From: Octopus sinensis
Taxonomy: Eukaryota
DNA: 64,000 bases
Reading direction: 5' to 3'
Assembly: GCF_006345805.1 (NCBI RefSeq)
Contig: NC_043006.1
Location: 52,266,001 to 52,330,000, forward strand
Part shown: piece after piece, positions 27,150-41,700 of the stretch
Layout: every line of letters starts with the position of its first letter
Numbering within the stretch: position 1 is the stretch's first letter
Program-made: the position numbers and the translations under genes
The notes under the pieces: generated by a model
What the model was told of the DNA's origin: nothing
What the model saw: the letters and a program-made list of their open reading frames with translations, nothing else
The model's database searches: none

Positions 27150-29746
27150 TGACTGACTGAAACTTTTTTCTCTCTCTTGCTCTTTTGAAATTATTGTTTT
27201 GCTTTGTTATCAGCAATGTTGTCTCACCATTTCATTGATAAACTTTGATTCCTTGACTTTCAGAAGATAATTTCATCTAGTCAGTCCTTCTGTTTCACAT
27301 ACATAGATACTTACATGCTGACATATGTCCTTATATTACTTTATTACAATCAATATTGAGATTGAGGCAAGTGCATCAACATCAAAATAAAAATCAAATA
27401 GATATTGTAGTTGTGATACCTATGCCTGTGACACGTTAGGCCTCACAGAGGCAATGACAAAAAACCGAAACCTCTGAGATATGCTGTGACTGCGAAGACC
27501 CGACAAATGAAGTGAGTTCATGGCTCACAGGATGGCCTGCTGTGCTAACCTTGGATCGTAGGGTGACTCGTTGTGCTTGAGGAGACCTATTGAGTCAAGT
27601 ACATCAACATCAACATGAAAATAAAAATCAAATGGAAATTATAGTTGTGATACCTATGCCGGTGGCATGTAAAAAGCACCATCTGAATGTGGCCGATACA
27701 AGTACCGTCTGACTGGCGTCCGTGTCAGTGACACGTAAAAAGCACCAACTGATCATGGCCGTTTGCCAGCCTCCTCTGGCCCCTTTGCTGGTGGCACATA
27801 AAAAGCACCCACTACACTCACGGATTGGTTGGCGTTAGGAAGGGCATCCAGCTGTAGAAACTCAGCCAGATCAGACTGGAGCTTGGCGCAGCCTCCTGGC
27901 TTTCCAGACCCCAGTCAAACCGTCCAAGCCATGCTAACATGGAAAATGGACGCTAAACGATGATGATGATGATTGTCTCTAATCTATGTTCTTGTTTGCA
28001 TGCACTTATTTTACAACTCATGCACAAAGGAAAAAGATGCACACACAGGGTTTTCATGATGAAATTGAAGAGGAAATTTGAGTATTGGTTATTTGCATGC
28101 ATGAACACTTACTTTGCAAAGAAAGAATAAATTGCTTTTAAGAAAATTATTGTACACACCTTCAGCAAAAACCAGAAGGAATATTGATTACAGTAATAAT
28201 AACATTTTCAGTAAAATAGCTTATTAAAAAAGAAGTCAGTTATTTGATCTTATATGTAATTTTTAATCCATCACTAGATGCATTTTTTTTTATGCAGCAA
28301 CTGTCAATTTATCTTGTTTTCAATTTTCTGGCATTCAGAATCTGTAAGAGAAAAAAATGAATTTTAAATGATTTAAAAGTTTTCTTTTTCTTTTTTTTTT
28401 AATTACAAATAGTATTCTTTTAAAATCAATATCTATTTGGTGTTAGATTTGCAGCTGTGTTAGTTTTCATTTTGTTTGTAAATATTTTTTCAATGAATTT
28501 CACCAACTGTTATTCAGAGATTCACATAGCCATTCCTCAGACAGTTGTCTGGTATAAATTTGTCTGTGTGTGTGTGTGTGTGTGTGTAAATGCTTGGATT
28601 CCCCTTATAAGTATTTGTGTATGATTTATATAATGGTTCGTTGTAGGGTACCAATGTGAGAGTTAATGTTGGTATTTTGTAGAGAAAGGAGAGAAGAAAA
28701 ATGGAGGCACTTTTAAAGGGATAATTAATGAGTCTTCTGTGAAATATAAGCATATATTTCAGCATTTCTATAAATTATAGTGAGTCACAACTATCCAGAG
28801 GTGCAGGAGTGGCTGTGTGGTAAGTAGTTTGCTTACCAGCCACATAGTTCCAGGTTCATTCCCACTGCGTGGCACCTTGGGCAAGTGTCTTCTACTATAG
28901 CCTCGGGCTGACCAAAGCCTTGTGAGTGGGTTTGGTAGATGGAAACTGAAAGAATCCCGTCGTATATATGTATATATATATGTATGTGTGTATATGTTTG
29001 TGTGTCTGTGTTTGACCCCCCCCACCATTGCTTGACAACTGATGCAGTTCAGCAAAAGAGATTGATAGAATAAGTACTAGGCTTACAAAGAATAAGTCCT
29101 GGGGTTGATTTGCTTGACTAAAGGCGGTGCTCCAGCATGGCCACAGTCAAATGACTGCAACAAGAAAAAGAATAAAAGAGAGTAAAGAGAAAGAGAATGT
29201 TCTAATAAAATGTTAAGTCAGAGGAATAACTAAAATACCTTTGGTAAACATGTTCACAGCATATACTTATGAATGTGCGTGTGAAAAAATTTTGGTTGAA
29301 TTGTTAGTTGCATACATGTGTGTGTGTGTGCAAATCGCCTAATCCTTATCAGTTTCTGATTAAGGTTAGAGGATTTACCACATATTTTAGCTTGTTTTAA
29401 CAAACAACTCTTAGTATTTGTTGCTAGTTGTTGTTGTGATGACACAATAGTAATGATAGTTGCTTTTACTGTCATTGCAAAGACCAAAAGTAAAACGTTC
29501 TGTTTCAAATGCTGCACACCAACTGTTATTGTCTAATTCTATAATAGCCATTAGAAATAAAAGTCATGAACTGAAGGATCAAGCTGACACATTTGATTGC
29601 TAGATTTAGCCCAAACAAATAGACGTTTGTGGACAAAAAAGTAATGTGAAAACAGAAGTTAGCAGATGTGCCAAAATTTCCAGTCAGTGAAACAAGAAGC
29701 CAGTTTGTGAATCAGTCCCAAATTCTTATTACTCAACAACATGCTA

Positions 29747-29784
<38 letters not shown>

Positions 29785-32700
29785 TCTCTCTTTCTCTCTC
29801 TCATTCACTCACTCCCTCTTTCACTCTCTCTCACACTCATTTCCTCTTTCACTCTCTCTCTCTCTCACATACACATACACACAAATATATTTACATACAC
29901 AGCACCTACAATACCTTTAAAGCCAGGTTAATTAAATACTATATCAATTTAACTTGTAACAACTTCATGAAAAATTATCCAAAGTGTATGAAATTTTGCC
30001 TATGTATTTTGCGAGTATCCTTTCTTGTAGTTAACATCATGGCTTTTCCTTGATTAGACATAAATTTGACTAAATATCAATAGTACACTGATCCACGTTT
30101 GTTTACTCTTTCATCAGATTTAATTTTTGACTGACTTACTTGCAGCCTTCTATCAAAATGTTCCCATTTGTAATCTTTTAGAGTAAGTTTTCCCAATAAA
30201 TCCTTGTCAACCACAGTTTTTACATCTCTTCCTTATTTGATATCTTCTCATCTCCCTCTCACTCATCTCTCTAACACTTGTCTATCTATTGCTTTCCCTC
30301 TCCCCAGGACCAGATTTAAACCATGGGGGACTCAGGGCACTTCAAGTTTGGGTGGACCCCTTAAACACAAGAATTAAAATCTTAGAAAATTACAAAATTT
30401 AAATTTCAAACCACATCTATTTCACATAAGTGAATTTGATGAGTTAGCAGAGAAAGTTTAAATAAATGACTGAAAGTGTCACTTTATAGATACAATTCAA
30501 AATTCAAATTTCATTTTTCACACATCCACTTGCAGTGTTTGACTTTTCCTTCATTGTGAAACGTATAAAGAAGTGGGGAAGAAGGGGTAAGATTTTTTTT
30601 CTTTTAATGTGAGTTACAAATGTTTCAGAAACATGGACTAAGATAAAATGACAGAAAATTACAAAAAAGAAAAAAAAATCATTTTTGTGGTTGTTGCTGT
30701 TCCAAAGGCATGATGTGTGTGTGTGTGTGTGTGTGTGTGTGAGTATGTGTGTATATGTGAGGGGGTAGGTGGAGACAGCAACATTTAAAAGACGTATATT
30801 TAAAAATTCTTCTTTTAAAACAGCTTCCCTTCATTGTTCTGCAATGTGTGAAAAAAAAAAGTGGATGGAAATCCCAACAAAAATGGGAAAATTCAAACAG
30901 CTATTTCCGAAAGTCTGCTTTTCCAGTTTCCAGTAGGGTTAGGTGAGGTACAATGAGTAATATTTACTGCATTTTTGGCTTTGAAGAAAAAATATTTTTT
31001 ACAAATGTTCACTACCTTGCCAAAACTATATCAGCTAAGTAAAGACCTCTAAATGCAGTAAGACCTATAACATGTTCAGAACACTATTTCAGAAATTTAT
31101 CACTGTTCTCTTAGAGCATATAGAAGACAAATTTGGTGGTGGGGCAAAACGAGTAAGACAAAATAAAGTAAACTTGCTTTTCCAGTTCTGCAGAATTACA
31201 TTTGAAAAAAGATTCATACACATAAACTTCCATCCTGAGATATCAGAAAAATCAGAATAGCAACAAAAATTTTAAATACCTGGGTCAGATGAAAGAGGGT
31301 CATGGGAAAATAGCACATGATATGAAATTAATGAAACCCAACTAAATCTAAAACTCAGCATGAAATATTCTCTATATCTTCTTCACAATCTGCTGGAGTA
31401 GCTTTCTTCCATGTACCATGTAAAGAAATAGTTTATTTAATAATTTATCATTACTCATTTTGTCCTGATTTAGACTTTTTTTTTAAACTTGAAAATTATC
31501 AAATTAGATATTAGTTTGGAAGAAAATTGATGTGGAATCAAACAGAGAAAGGAATATTGATGGTTAAACACCAAAAGTTATCTAGATATTTTATTAGCAA
31601 CCTTAATTGCAATTGGGTCAAATTTGAAGAAAAATTTCTTGAATAAAAAGGTACCTGCCACCTGTTTTAAACTCTCAACTTCAAAAACAACTACATAAAC
31701 TATACCGACCAATTTTTACTCCCAAAGATAATGCAATGGTACAAAATGGGGATGCAATAATTGCAATGTAATGGTTTCAAACAGGTAGGGAGACAATAAC
31801 AAAAAATCAGAAATTATTCATTTTGACCCAGTTACCAATTTTGCCCCACTTCCATGTTATAATTTCCAGTGTTTGACAGAATGACGAAAAATATCGGAAA
31901 AAATAAGAAAGAAAAATGTTTGATTTAATGAAAAACATGCGAGTATATATGCAATAATTCTTAAAAAAATGCTTTTAGGTGTTGAGATATGTAATTTTAT
32001 AATTAAAACTGAATTCAAAGTTTTTAGAACATTTCTATACTTACTTGTTTCATAAAATAAGACCAGTTTTCAATACCTTACCGAAAAATGTTTAGAAGTA
32101 GAAATGTTTGTGTGTGTGTGTGTGTGCCTTTAACTGTGATTGGTCAAGTCAAGGTCATGAATCCTGTATGGAGGGCTACATGCCCTTAATAGCAGGGATC
32201 CCCACCTCCAGTATCAACAGATGCCTAGGACAATTGCCCCCTCTGCACCCCTATAAACCTGGCTGTGCCTCTCCCCCCACTACATCTCTCTTCTAGTCAA
32301 CATATTATACTGTTAGTGTAACTAAATTCAGCAGTACTTGGTACTCCCTATTACCCCACTTCTGTATTGCCTATCTTTCCCTCTTCCTCATTTCACTTGT
32401 TATTAATACCAATTATTTACACTGTTGTCCACATTTACTACTAGCCATCACTCACACTATCCTTTCATTCCAATCATTTCTGCCATCCTACAATTGCTCC
32501 CTCAACCCTACTATCCTGGTTATTCTGTTAACATTCTCTCATCTATTCACACATTGGTCACTTTGAGTGAATGACCATATGACAAAGCATTGAGAACTCT
32601 TTAGTTTTACTGAATATAAAAAAATCTAACTGATATTCCTGTTATCTATTTTAGAGTTTTCCATGCTTAAATAAAATTGAATAATATCTGTTGCACCCCC

Positions 32701-35700
32701 TGTTGCAATTTCCATTCGTCTTACAAGTTTATTAGTCATTTGTTTCTAAAGCAGTTCCATTTCCTCAATATTTATCGTAACCAATAAAATCACCAGCTTC
32801 AAAATTTTTTATTTTGTATTTTAGCTACTGCACTATTACTGACACTTCTATTATACTTTCCCTTCCAACTTCAATATGGATTCCAGATCAATTTATAAAC
32901 CTGCAGAATCATCCACAAAAGTTTTTGTCAGTTTCCCTTTTTGTTTCATTTTCTCCTTTATGTTTACTTTGAATTGTTGCAAACAGGTAAAAAAAAAAAA
33001 AGTACTTTATACTACAATAAATCAAGTTCTGATATGCTGTAGTTGAATTTTGGTGGCAAACTTCCAGCTGAATAAAATTGAGAACGGCAGTATTTGAACA
33101 CAATAATGAGAGTATTCTTGTAAATTTAAGGTACTAACATTCTAATTGATTTGTTACTAAATTTTCTATGTTTGTTGCGTACCATATGAGAAAGCAGTAA
33201 ATTCATATTTTTGTTTATCCTGAAATTAAACATGGGTTCATATTAACTAATGTTTTCTATACTCATCTTTCATGTTCTTTTCTTAATTAGCATTGCTGGA
33301 AAACACGCATCTATATGTCAAAATAAAAATGACTGGACTATTGAACCAACAGACAGCAATGTTCGACTGCTTGTAAATGGTGTGCAAGTTACCAGCAAGA
33401 CTATTTTACATCACAATGATCGGTAAATTTTAAGAATTCTCTTTCCAGAAATAAATTTGCAAATTTGAATTAAGTCTTCTAATTTAACCTAAATCTAAAC
33501 TGTAACTCATGTATTTTCTCATTTCCAGTTGATATGTCAGGTTTAAATGATCAAAAAAAGAGAAAGATATATTTTGGTTTCTTTCAAGATAATCAAAGGC
33601 TTCAGGATGGAAATCAGTAACTCTAAAAATGTGCAAATATACAAATTTGCCAACTTATTCAATTGATTTCAGCTCTGATTGTCGAAGATTGACAATATAC
33701 GAGCTTTAATGTTTATATAATTATCAAATTGAGACAACTATGATTTGGCTGCTTTGGCTACACATGTTTACAGCTGTTATCTATAATCTCCATCATATGT
33801 GGTTGTATCTCTCATGACTCTCAATCAATTATTTTATTATTAGCCATGGTTTTAATTATAGTGGAATTCTTTGAGGAAACACTGTCTATGAAAGAACCAC
33901 AAATGTCAGTTGGTAGACTCATTTGAGCATTTGACAAAATTCCTTGTAGTATTTAGTTATGACCTTCTATGTTTTTAGTTCAAATATTACAGAAGCCAGC
34001 TTTGCCTTTCATCCTTCTGGGGTTGATTAAATAAAGAGCCAGACAAGTACTGAACTTGACTCTGCTCTATCTCCAAAGTTTTTAACTTTGTGCCAATGTT
34101 ATAGCTCCCAATGTGATAGTTACTTATAGCTGAACATAGAGTGTTTGGTGGAAATTCAGTCATCTGCATTGTGTAATTTTCAGCAATTGGATAAGAACTA
34201 TTTACAGGGTAACTTACTGTCCTCTCCAATAACAAAATAGATGTTTGTTTAATATATCAGTTGGAGTGAAAGCAATTTACAATCTCTACCAAAATGCTTG
34301 GTAGATTCAGAAATAAGTATTATGTCATGAAATATTGATTTCTAATATTAGCACCAAGTCACAAATATTGGAAGCAGAGTATAGTCAAGAGTAAACTGAC
34401 CCCAGTACTTAAATGATTCTTTATTTTATTGACAACAAAATGGTGAATAGCAAGGCTGACTTCAGGAAGATCTAGTATATCAGCTAGAATTTTTTCCAAT
34501 CTTTTAGTTGGAAGGGAAAGCAGTGACCTGGTTTATTTACAGGGCTTCTGAGAAAAGTAGGAGGTGGGAAGGAAAGTATCCTCAAATCAGAAATCTGGCT
34601 TAAATGTTTGTGATTGCATGGATCTGCTAAAGGCATCCAAGGCTATGTGGTAGTGTTAAACTGGGCAATAGATTGAGTTTAACACCCAGCTTATGACAAG
34701 ATTTGAACTCAGATTGCAAAAAAATTGGACAAATTCTGTAGAGCAATCTACCACTCTGGATTGGTACTTTTTAAAATCAATTTCCAGAAGGATGAAAGGC
34801 AAAACTGACTTGGCAGGATTTGAACTCAGAGCACAAAAAGTCATAACATATACCATATAGCATTTTATTTAACACTCTAATGATTCAGCCACTTCACTGC
34901 CTATCTCAGCTTGTATTCAATGGAACCAATATACATTCTCACTCTGGTTTTATATTATCCACTCTTGACTAAATACACAACACTGTCAGTTGTCGGGATG
35001 ACTAATGAAAAACAAGAATATCATTAAATATAATTCTGGTAAGATCATTTATGAATTGGTTAAATGTATCATATACTAAAGTTATATTTCACAAAGAAAC
35101 AGAGATCATAAGCTAGCTTTAGTATCCAGAAGAAAATATATTTCTAAAAATGTTACTTCTCACCATTCAATTACCAAAAAATTTCATTGCAAATTCTTAT
35201 TAATTTTCTTAACCAATGCTAAACACTTTTAATGGTTTAATCTAATATTACAGGGAACACTATGAAACAATACTAAATAAAACTTTGAACTCATCTTACT
35301 GATTTTGCTTTGTACTTTATTGTCATATGATTTACCTTTCCTATTCTAATGCAGTTTTTGAAAACCATTGCATTGCTTGTAATTTTTTTCTAGAATAGTT
35401 TTTGGTACAACACAGTATTATGTTATGGTACATCCAAAAAAGTCAGCACGGGACAAGACAGCTTATCCAGATATAACATTTGCAATGGCCCAGAAAGAAA
35501 TTGGCATTCATTCTGGAATAGATATGAGTAAATGAAACATTTTCTTAAATTTGTTAATTTTACTAAATAGAGACAATTTTCTAATTCATTTTTTACTGGT
35601 TTTAATAATCATACTGTGTCCCATTGATTATACATTCCAAATCCTCTACCAGGCTGTGGAAGTTATATGAGGTGGTATCAAAAAATTTCTGGACTAATTA

Positions 35701-38700
35701 TGTTTAATAAAAAATAACTTATTTACCCATGTTTTAACATCATCTCCTTTGAAATAGCCATTTTGTGCAGCAATCTATTGGTCCCAGCATTCTTACCACT
35801 TTTGGAATCCAGCCCGGAAGTTGTTTTCCATAAGCAAGTTGAGGACCTTCTGCAGTTTGCTCTGGATCTCAACAATGGTATTAAAATGACAACTTTTGAG
35901 CTGCATTTTCATCTTGGGGAAGAGATAGAAGTCCACATGTGCTAAATCTGGTGAATAAGACTGGTGTGGAAGTGATACAATGTTGTATTTGATAAGAAAC
36001 TCACAAGTGAAGAAAACTTGATTACAGGGTAGATTATTGTTGGAAAGAATCCAATTCTTCGCACTCCACAGTTCTGATTGCTTTCACTGATTGTCCTCTC
36101 TCAAATGCTTCAAAACATTGCAATAGAACTTTTGACTGATGGTCTAACCCTGAGGGATGAATTCTTGATGCACAATTCTGCCAATTTTGCAAAAAATTAT
36201 GAACATGCTCTTGATTGAGCTGTGGCTCTGTTGTGCACCCTTGCCACTTGAAACATTGCATATAATCCATTGCCTTGTCACAATAAGTTTGCTGAAGCAT
36301 GTTCAATCAAACTTCCCCAGTTTAATGCAAAATTTCATGTTGGTTCTTTGATCTAACTTCCTATCCATGCCAAAAATTGTAGACTACAGCATATACTTGA
36401 TCACAAAAATACAAATTTCACAACTTGTGAAGTAAACACAGTGATGTCACTCAGCACAATGCCTCATGAAGGTCACTGCTAGCTCTTACTGTGCATGCTA
36501 CCATGTGCTGTCATCTGTTGGTGCACTACAGAACTAGTCTGGGAATTTTTTGATATCATCTTGCATTCAACTGAGTTTAGTATATAGAAAAATTTAAGGT
36601 TAAAATTCTGACTTCTATAATAATTAAAGTGTTTGTCTCAAAGAGAGCATCCAGTTAATTTGTTTACAGAATATGTCACGCCATTTGAAATTTCATATGA
36701 GATTTAATAATGGAATTTAATAAAAAATAAAAATGGGACCTCTTAAAACACAACTCACAGTATCAATATTATTTATCTTAAAGTGGTAAATTCTACAAGT
36801 TATCATTTGTCATAGAGAAAGAGAGTCATCTCTTAGTTTTCTCTGTTCATTAAACAGGTGCATCAGTTTTTTTGAAGTCATTTATATGAACTTAGAAAAC
36901 GCATCTCATCCTAGAAAAGCTGCATTTGGAAACAAATTGGTACAGATCATCATCATCATAATCATCATCATCATAATCATCATCATTTAACGTCTGCTTT
37001 CCATGCTAGCATGGGTTGGATGATTTGACTGCGGTCTGGCGAACTAGAAGGCTGCACCAGGCTGGCAGAGTTTCTACAGCTGGTTGCCCTTCCTAACGCC
37101 AACTACTCTGAGAGTGTAGTGGGTGCTTTTACGTGCCACCAGCACGAGAGCCAGTCAGCACGATGGCCATGCTCAAATGGTGCTTTTTATGTGCCACCTG
37201 CACAGGAGCCAGTCCAGCAGCACAGGCAACGACCTCGCTTGAATGTTTTTTTTTCACGTACCACCAGCACAAGTGCCAGTAAGGCGACACAGGTAACAAT
37301 CACATTCGAATGGTGTTTTTTCACATGCCACTGGCACAGAGACCAGCTTGTTGCCCTGGCAATGATCATGCTTGTATGGTACTCTTAGCGCTTCACTAGC
37401 ATGGATGCCAGTCATTGAATTTGATTTTGATTTCGATCTCACTTGCCTCAATAGGTCTTCGCAAGCAGAGTTTAGTGTCCAATGAAGGAAAGGTATGCAT
37501 AAGTGGGATGGTTACACCACTGGCATAGGCCATGGGGTTATGGTCTCACTTGGCTTGTCGGGTCTTCTCATACACAGCATATTTCCCCTTTTATCGCAGT
37601 TATTCAATGAATTCACTGTTAGCACAATGACTACTTCAATTTGGGTTGGAAGTGTTGACATGCCTGAATCAAATGATCTTCATCAAATTTGGACATAGTG
37701 CTGGTTATGATGAACTTGAGGCATTGTATGGTGTTATGGGGGTACTGATTCACCTCTCTCTTGACTACGCCCCATACATAATAAGTCTAGTGGACTGAGG
37801 TCTGTTAAGCTAGGGGACCATATGACTGGGAAAATGTGATCTTGGAGATTGGCATGCATCCATACTTAGGTTCTTCTAGCCTAATAAGATGGCACGGAGT
37901 CTTGTTGGAAGATGTATGGTTTCCTGTTGCATACTCTGTCTATCCAGGGCCTCACAACTTTTTCCAACACTTCTTTGTAGACAGCTGCATTGATTGTTGC
38001 TGGGAATTTAGTATGCATGACTGTAGGAACCATATTCAAGTCTCTGCATAACCACCTGTCGTTCCTTTGGTTTCCTTTATTCCAGTCTCTACTTGTTTAA
38101 CAAGTGGTTTCACGGTCAATCGGTTTTCTATCATCCCATCCAACATAAACTGAGCCCTCTGCATCACATATAACTCATACTGGATGCCTTTATGTACAGC
38201 TCTTTTGATGGTGCACTCTGAAATCTTGAGGTCCTTTGCAATGGCTCTTATTGACTTTCCATGTTTTATATCAATTATTTTTTGTACAAATCTATGTGTT
38301 CTGACGGTATTAGGACCCTGTACCTGTGTCTTGCATTTAGCTACTGATGTTGGATCCCCATCAGCAGGGTCTGGCTCCTTTTGCACTTTGACAGCAAAGG
38401 ATTGGGCTACTTTCAGAAAATGAGCTATCTTTGTAACACTATGCTGTATTTTTAAGGCAACAATTACAGCAGGCCTTTTCATTTGCTGAGTCAACCTGAT
38501 GTATGGTATTACTTATCTGAAAAGTAAGTTTTAAAATATAAGTTAGGAGAAAATTAGAGCTCTTGAAAGAGGAGTCCTCAAAAACTGATGCACCCAGTGC
38601 ATCTTACAAGGAATTAATCTCAGCTTTTGTGTCTCTTTACTGAAAAATTCTTTCTTCAGTATGTATTTTATTTACTTGAAGATATTTTTATCTAGGTTAA

Positions 38701-41700
38701 ACTGATCATATTGTCATAGTAAATTAGAAAGTGAATGTTCTCAAAGTATTTGAGGTTTGTCTATAAAGATGCCTTTAAAATATGTTGATGTTATGCAGAG
38801 AATAATTATTTACCTTGAGTTTAAACATAACATTTAAAATTCTTAAATCTAACAGCACAAACTATTGCTCCTATTCACAGATACTTTACTGGAAGAAGAT
38901 TTGCTTGAGATGCTACCAGCCATTGAAGAAGTTAATGCCATCAGTAAAGAGCTTGATGCAAAGAAAGTGTTTTCTTTAATGCTTAATAATCAATCTGAGG
39001 TGAGATATTTATTTTCACAAATAAATAATGTATTTCTATTTGAATATTATGAACATATTATTGGCCATAATTGTCTTATTTGTAATTCATCATCATCATT
39101 ATCATCATCGATTAACGTCCGCTTTCCATGCTAGCATGGGTTGGATGGTTTGACTGAGGGCAGGCGAACGAGATGGCTGTACCAGGCTCCAATCTTGATC
39201 TGGCAGAGTTTCTACAGCTGGATGCCCTTCCTAATGCCAACCACTCTGAGAGTGTAGTGGGTGCTTTTACATCCCACCAGCATGAGGGCCAGTCAGGCGG
39301 CACTGGCAACGACCTCGCTTGAATCTTTTACACATGCCACCAGCATGGGTGCCAGTAAGGCGATGCTGGTAACGATCATGCTTGAATGGTGTCTTTTACA
39401 TGCCACCAGCATGGAGGCCGGATAGCCACTCTGGCAACGATCACGCATGGAAGGTGCTCTTAATACCCTACTAGCACAGGGCTCGGGTGCCAGTAATGCG
39501 ACGCTGGTAACAATCATGCTCGAATGGTGCCTTTTAAGTGCCACTGGCACGGAAGCCAGTTAGCCGCTCTGTCAATGATCACACTTGTTGGGTGCTCTTT
39601 GCACCCCACTAGCACGGACACCAGTCATCGAATTTGATTTTGATTTTTGATTTTTGATTTCACTTGCCTCAACAGGTCTTCGCAAGCAGAGTTTTAGTGT
39701 CCAAAGAAGGAAAAGGTACGCATAAGTGGGCTGGTAACATTCCTGGCATAGGCCATGAGATTATGGTCTCATTTAGCTTGCCGGGTCTTCTCATGCATGG
39801 CATATTTCCAAAAGTCTCGGTCGCTAGTCATTTCCTTGGTGAGGCCTAAAGTTCGAAGGTCGTGCTTCACCACTTCATCCCAGGTCTTCCTGGGTCTGCC
39901 TCTTCCACAGGTTCCCTCAACCCCCAGGATGTGGCACTTTTTCACACAGCTGTCCTCATCCTTTCTTGCCACATGACCATACCAGCACAGTCATCTCTCT
40001 TGCACACCACATCTGATGCTTCTTAGGTCCAACTTTTCTCTCAAGATACTTACACTCTGTCGAGTATGCACACTGACATTACACATCCATCGGATCATAT
40101 TGGCTTCATTCCTTGTGAGCTTACGCATGTCCTCCGCAGTCACAGCCCATGTTTCACTGCCATGTAGCATGGCTGTTCGTACACATGCATCATACAGTCT
40201 ACCTTTTACTCTGGGCGAGAGGCCCTTTGTCACCAGCAGAGGTAAGAGCTCTGTGAACTTTGCTCAAGCTATTCTTATTCTAGTAGCTACACTTTCAGTG
40301 CTCCCTCCCCCGCTACTGACTTGGTCACCTAGGTAACGGAAGCTATCAACTACTTCTAGTTTTTCTCCCTGGAATGTGGCGGAAGTTGTTCTCTGTGCAT
40401 TTTCAATGCTTATTGCTCCCGAACATCTGCTACAAAAAAAATATCTTCCCCATTAGCCTTCCTTTGATATTACTGCACCTCTTATGTGTCCATAGCTTAC
40501 ACTGGGTACATCTTACAGAGTTTCTACCTATGCCTCTGCTACAGAGTGAGCAGGGCCATCTACCTGAAAGGATTTGTGGTTTGCTTGCCTTCCTACTTAT
40601 TAGAACTTTGGTTTTAGCTAGGCTGACTCTAAGGCCTTTCGATTCTAATCCTTGTTTCCACACCTGAAACTTCTCCTCTAGTTCTGATAGTGACTCAGCA
40701 ATTAGAGCAAGGTCATCAGCATAGAGGAGCTCCCAAGGGCATCCTGTCTTGAATTCCTCCGTTATTGCCTGGAGGACTATGATAAATAGGAGGGGGCTGA
40801 GGACTGAACCTTGGTGGACCCTTACTTCGACCCTGAATTCTTCAGTGTACTCGTTGCCAACCCTTACCTTACTTACAGCGTCCCTGTACATGGCTTTCAC
40901 AGCTCTCACTAACCATTCATCTATCCCTAGTTTCCTCATTGACCACCAGATAAGGGATCGGGGAACCCTGTCAAAGGCTTTCTCCATGTCAATGAAAGCC
41001 AGGTACAGGGGCTTATCTTTGGCTAGATATTTCTCTTGCAGCTGTCTTACCAGAAATATGGCATCAGTGGTGCTTTTCCCTGGCATGAAACCAAACTGTA
41101 TCTCATCCAAGCTGACTCTCTCCCTAATCAGTTGGGCTATGACCCTCTCCGTAACCTTCATAAAGTTGTTAAATAACTTCTGAGAATCAATGAATTGTGT
41201 TAATTTGTATTTTAGCTGTAGTCATTCTACTTTTGCTTTGAAGCTTGTTGGTTTAATATTTGGAATATAAACTTGTGATACTGGTGATATTGACAGGTTG
41301 GGGTTTGTTAAAGAGTAATTGAGTTTTATATTGATCAGATCAAGCATCACAATCAGACAACCAATGAAGCATTAGAAACATTATTGGGTGGTGGGTGTTA
41401 AGATCTGATGAAGTGGGAATATTTCAAGAAGAATTTACACTAACAATATAACTGTGGGAAAATAACTCAGGAAGAATTCTGCAAGCAAAATACAAATATA
41501 TTAGGGTCTCATCAAAGTAACTGAAATTATCCAACAGATTAGTAAATACTCCTTCTATGGGTGTTTAGTACATTCTGGGTGAAAAAGTTTCAAAAGTTGT
41601 TAATGGTGTTGTTGCTTGGCCTAGGACAGACCTTAATTAAACAAACTTCTACTTAAAATCATCCAGTCATGCCCGTCCCATCTTTATAAGGTGGACTTTG

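Noticed and set aside
40016-41183. Plus-strand ORFs 40016-40336, 40374-40667 and 40749-41183
   Set aside because: Antisense to the RTE reverse transcriptase.
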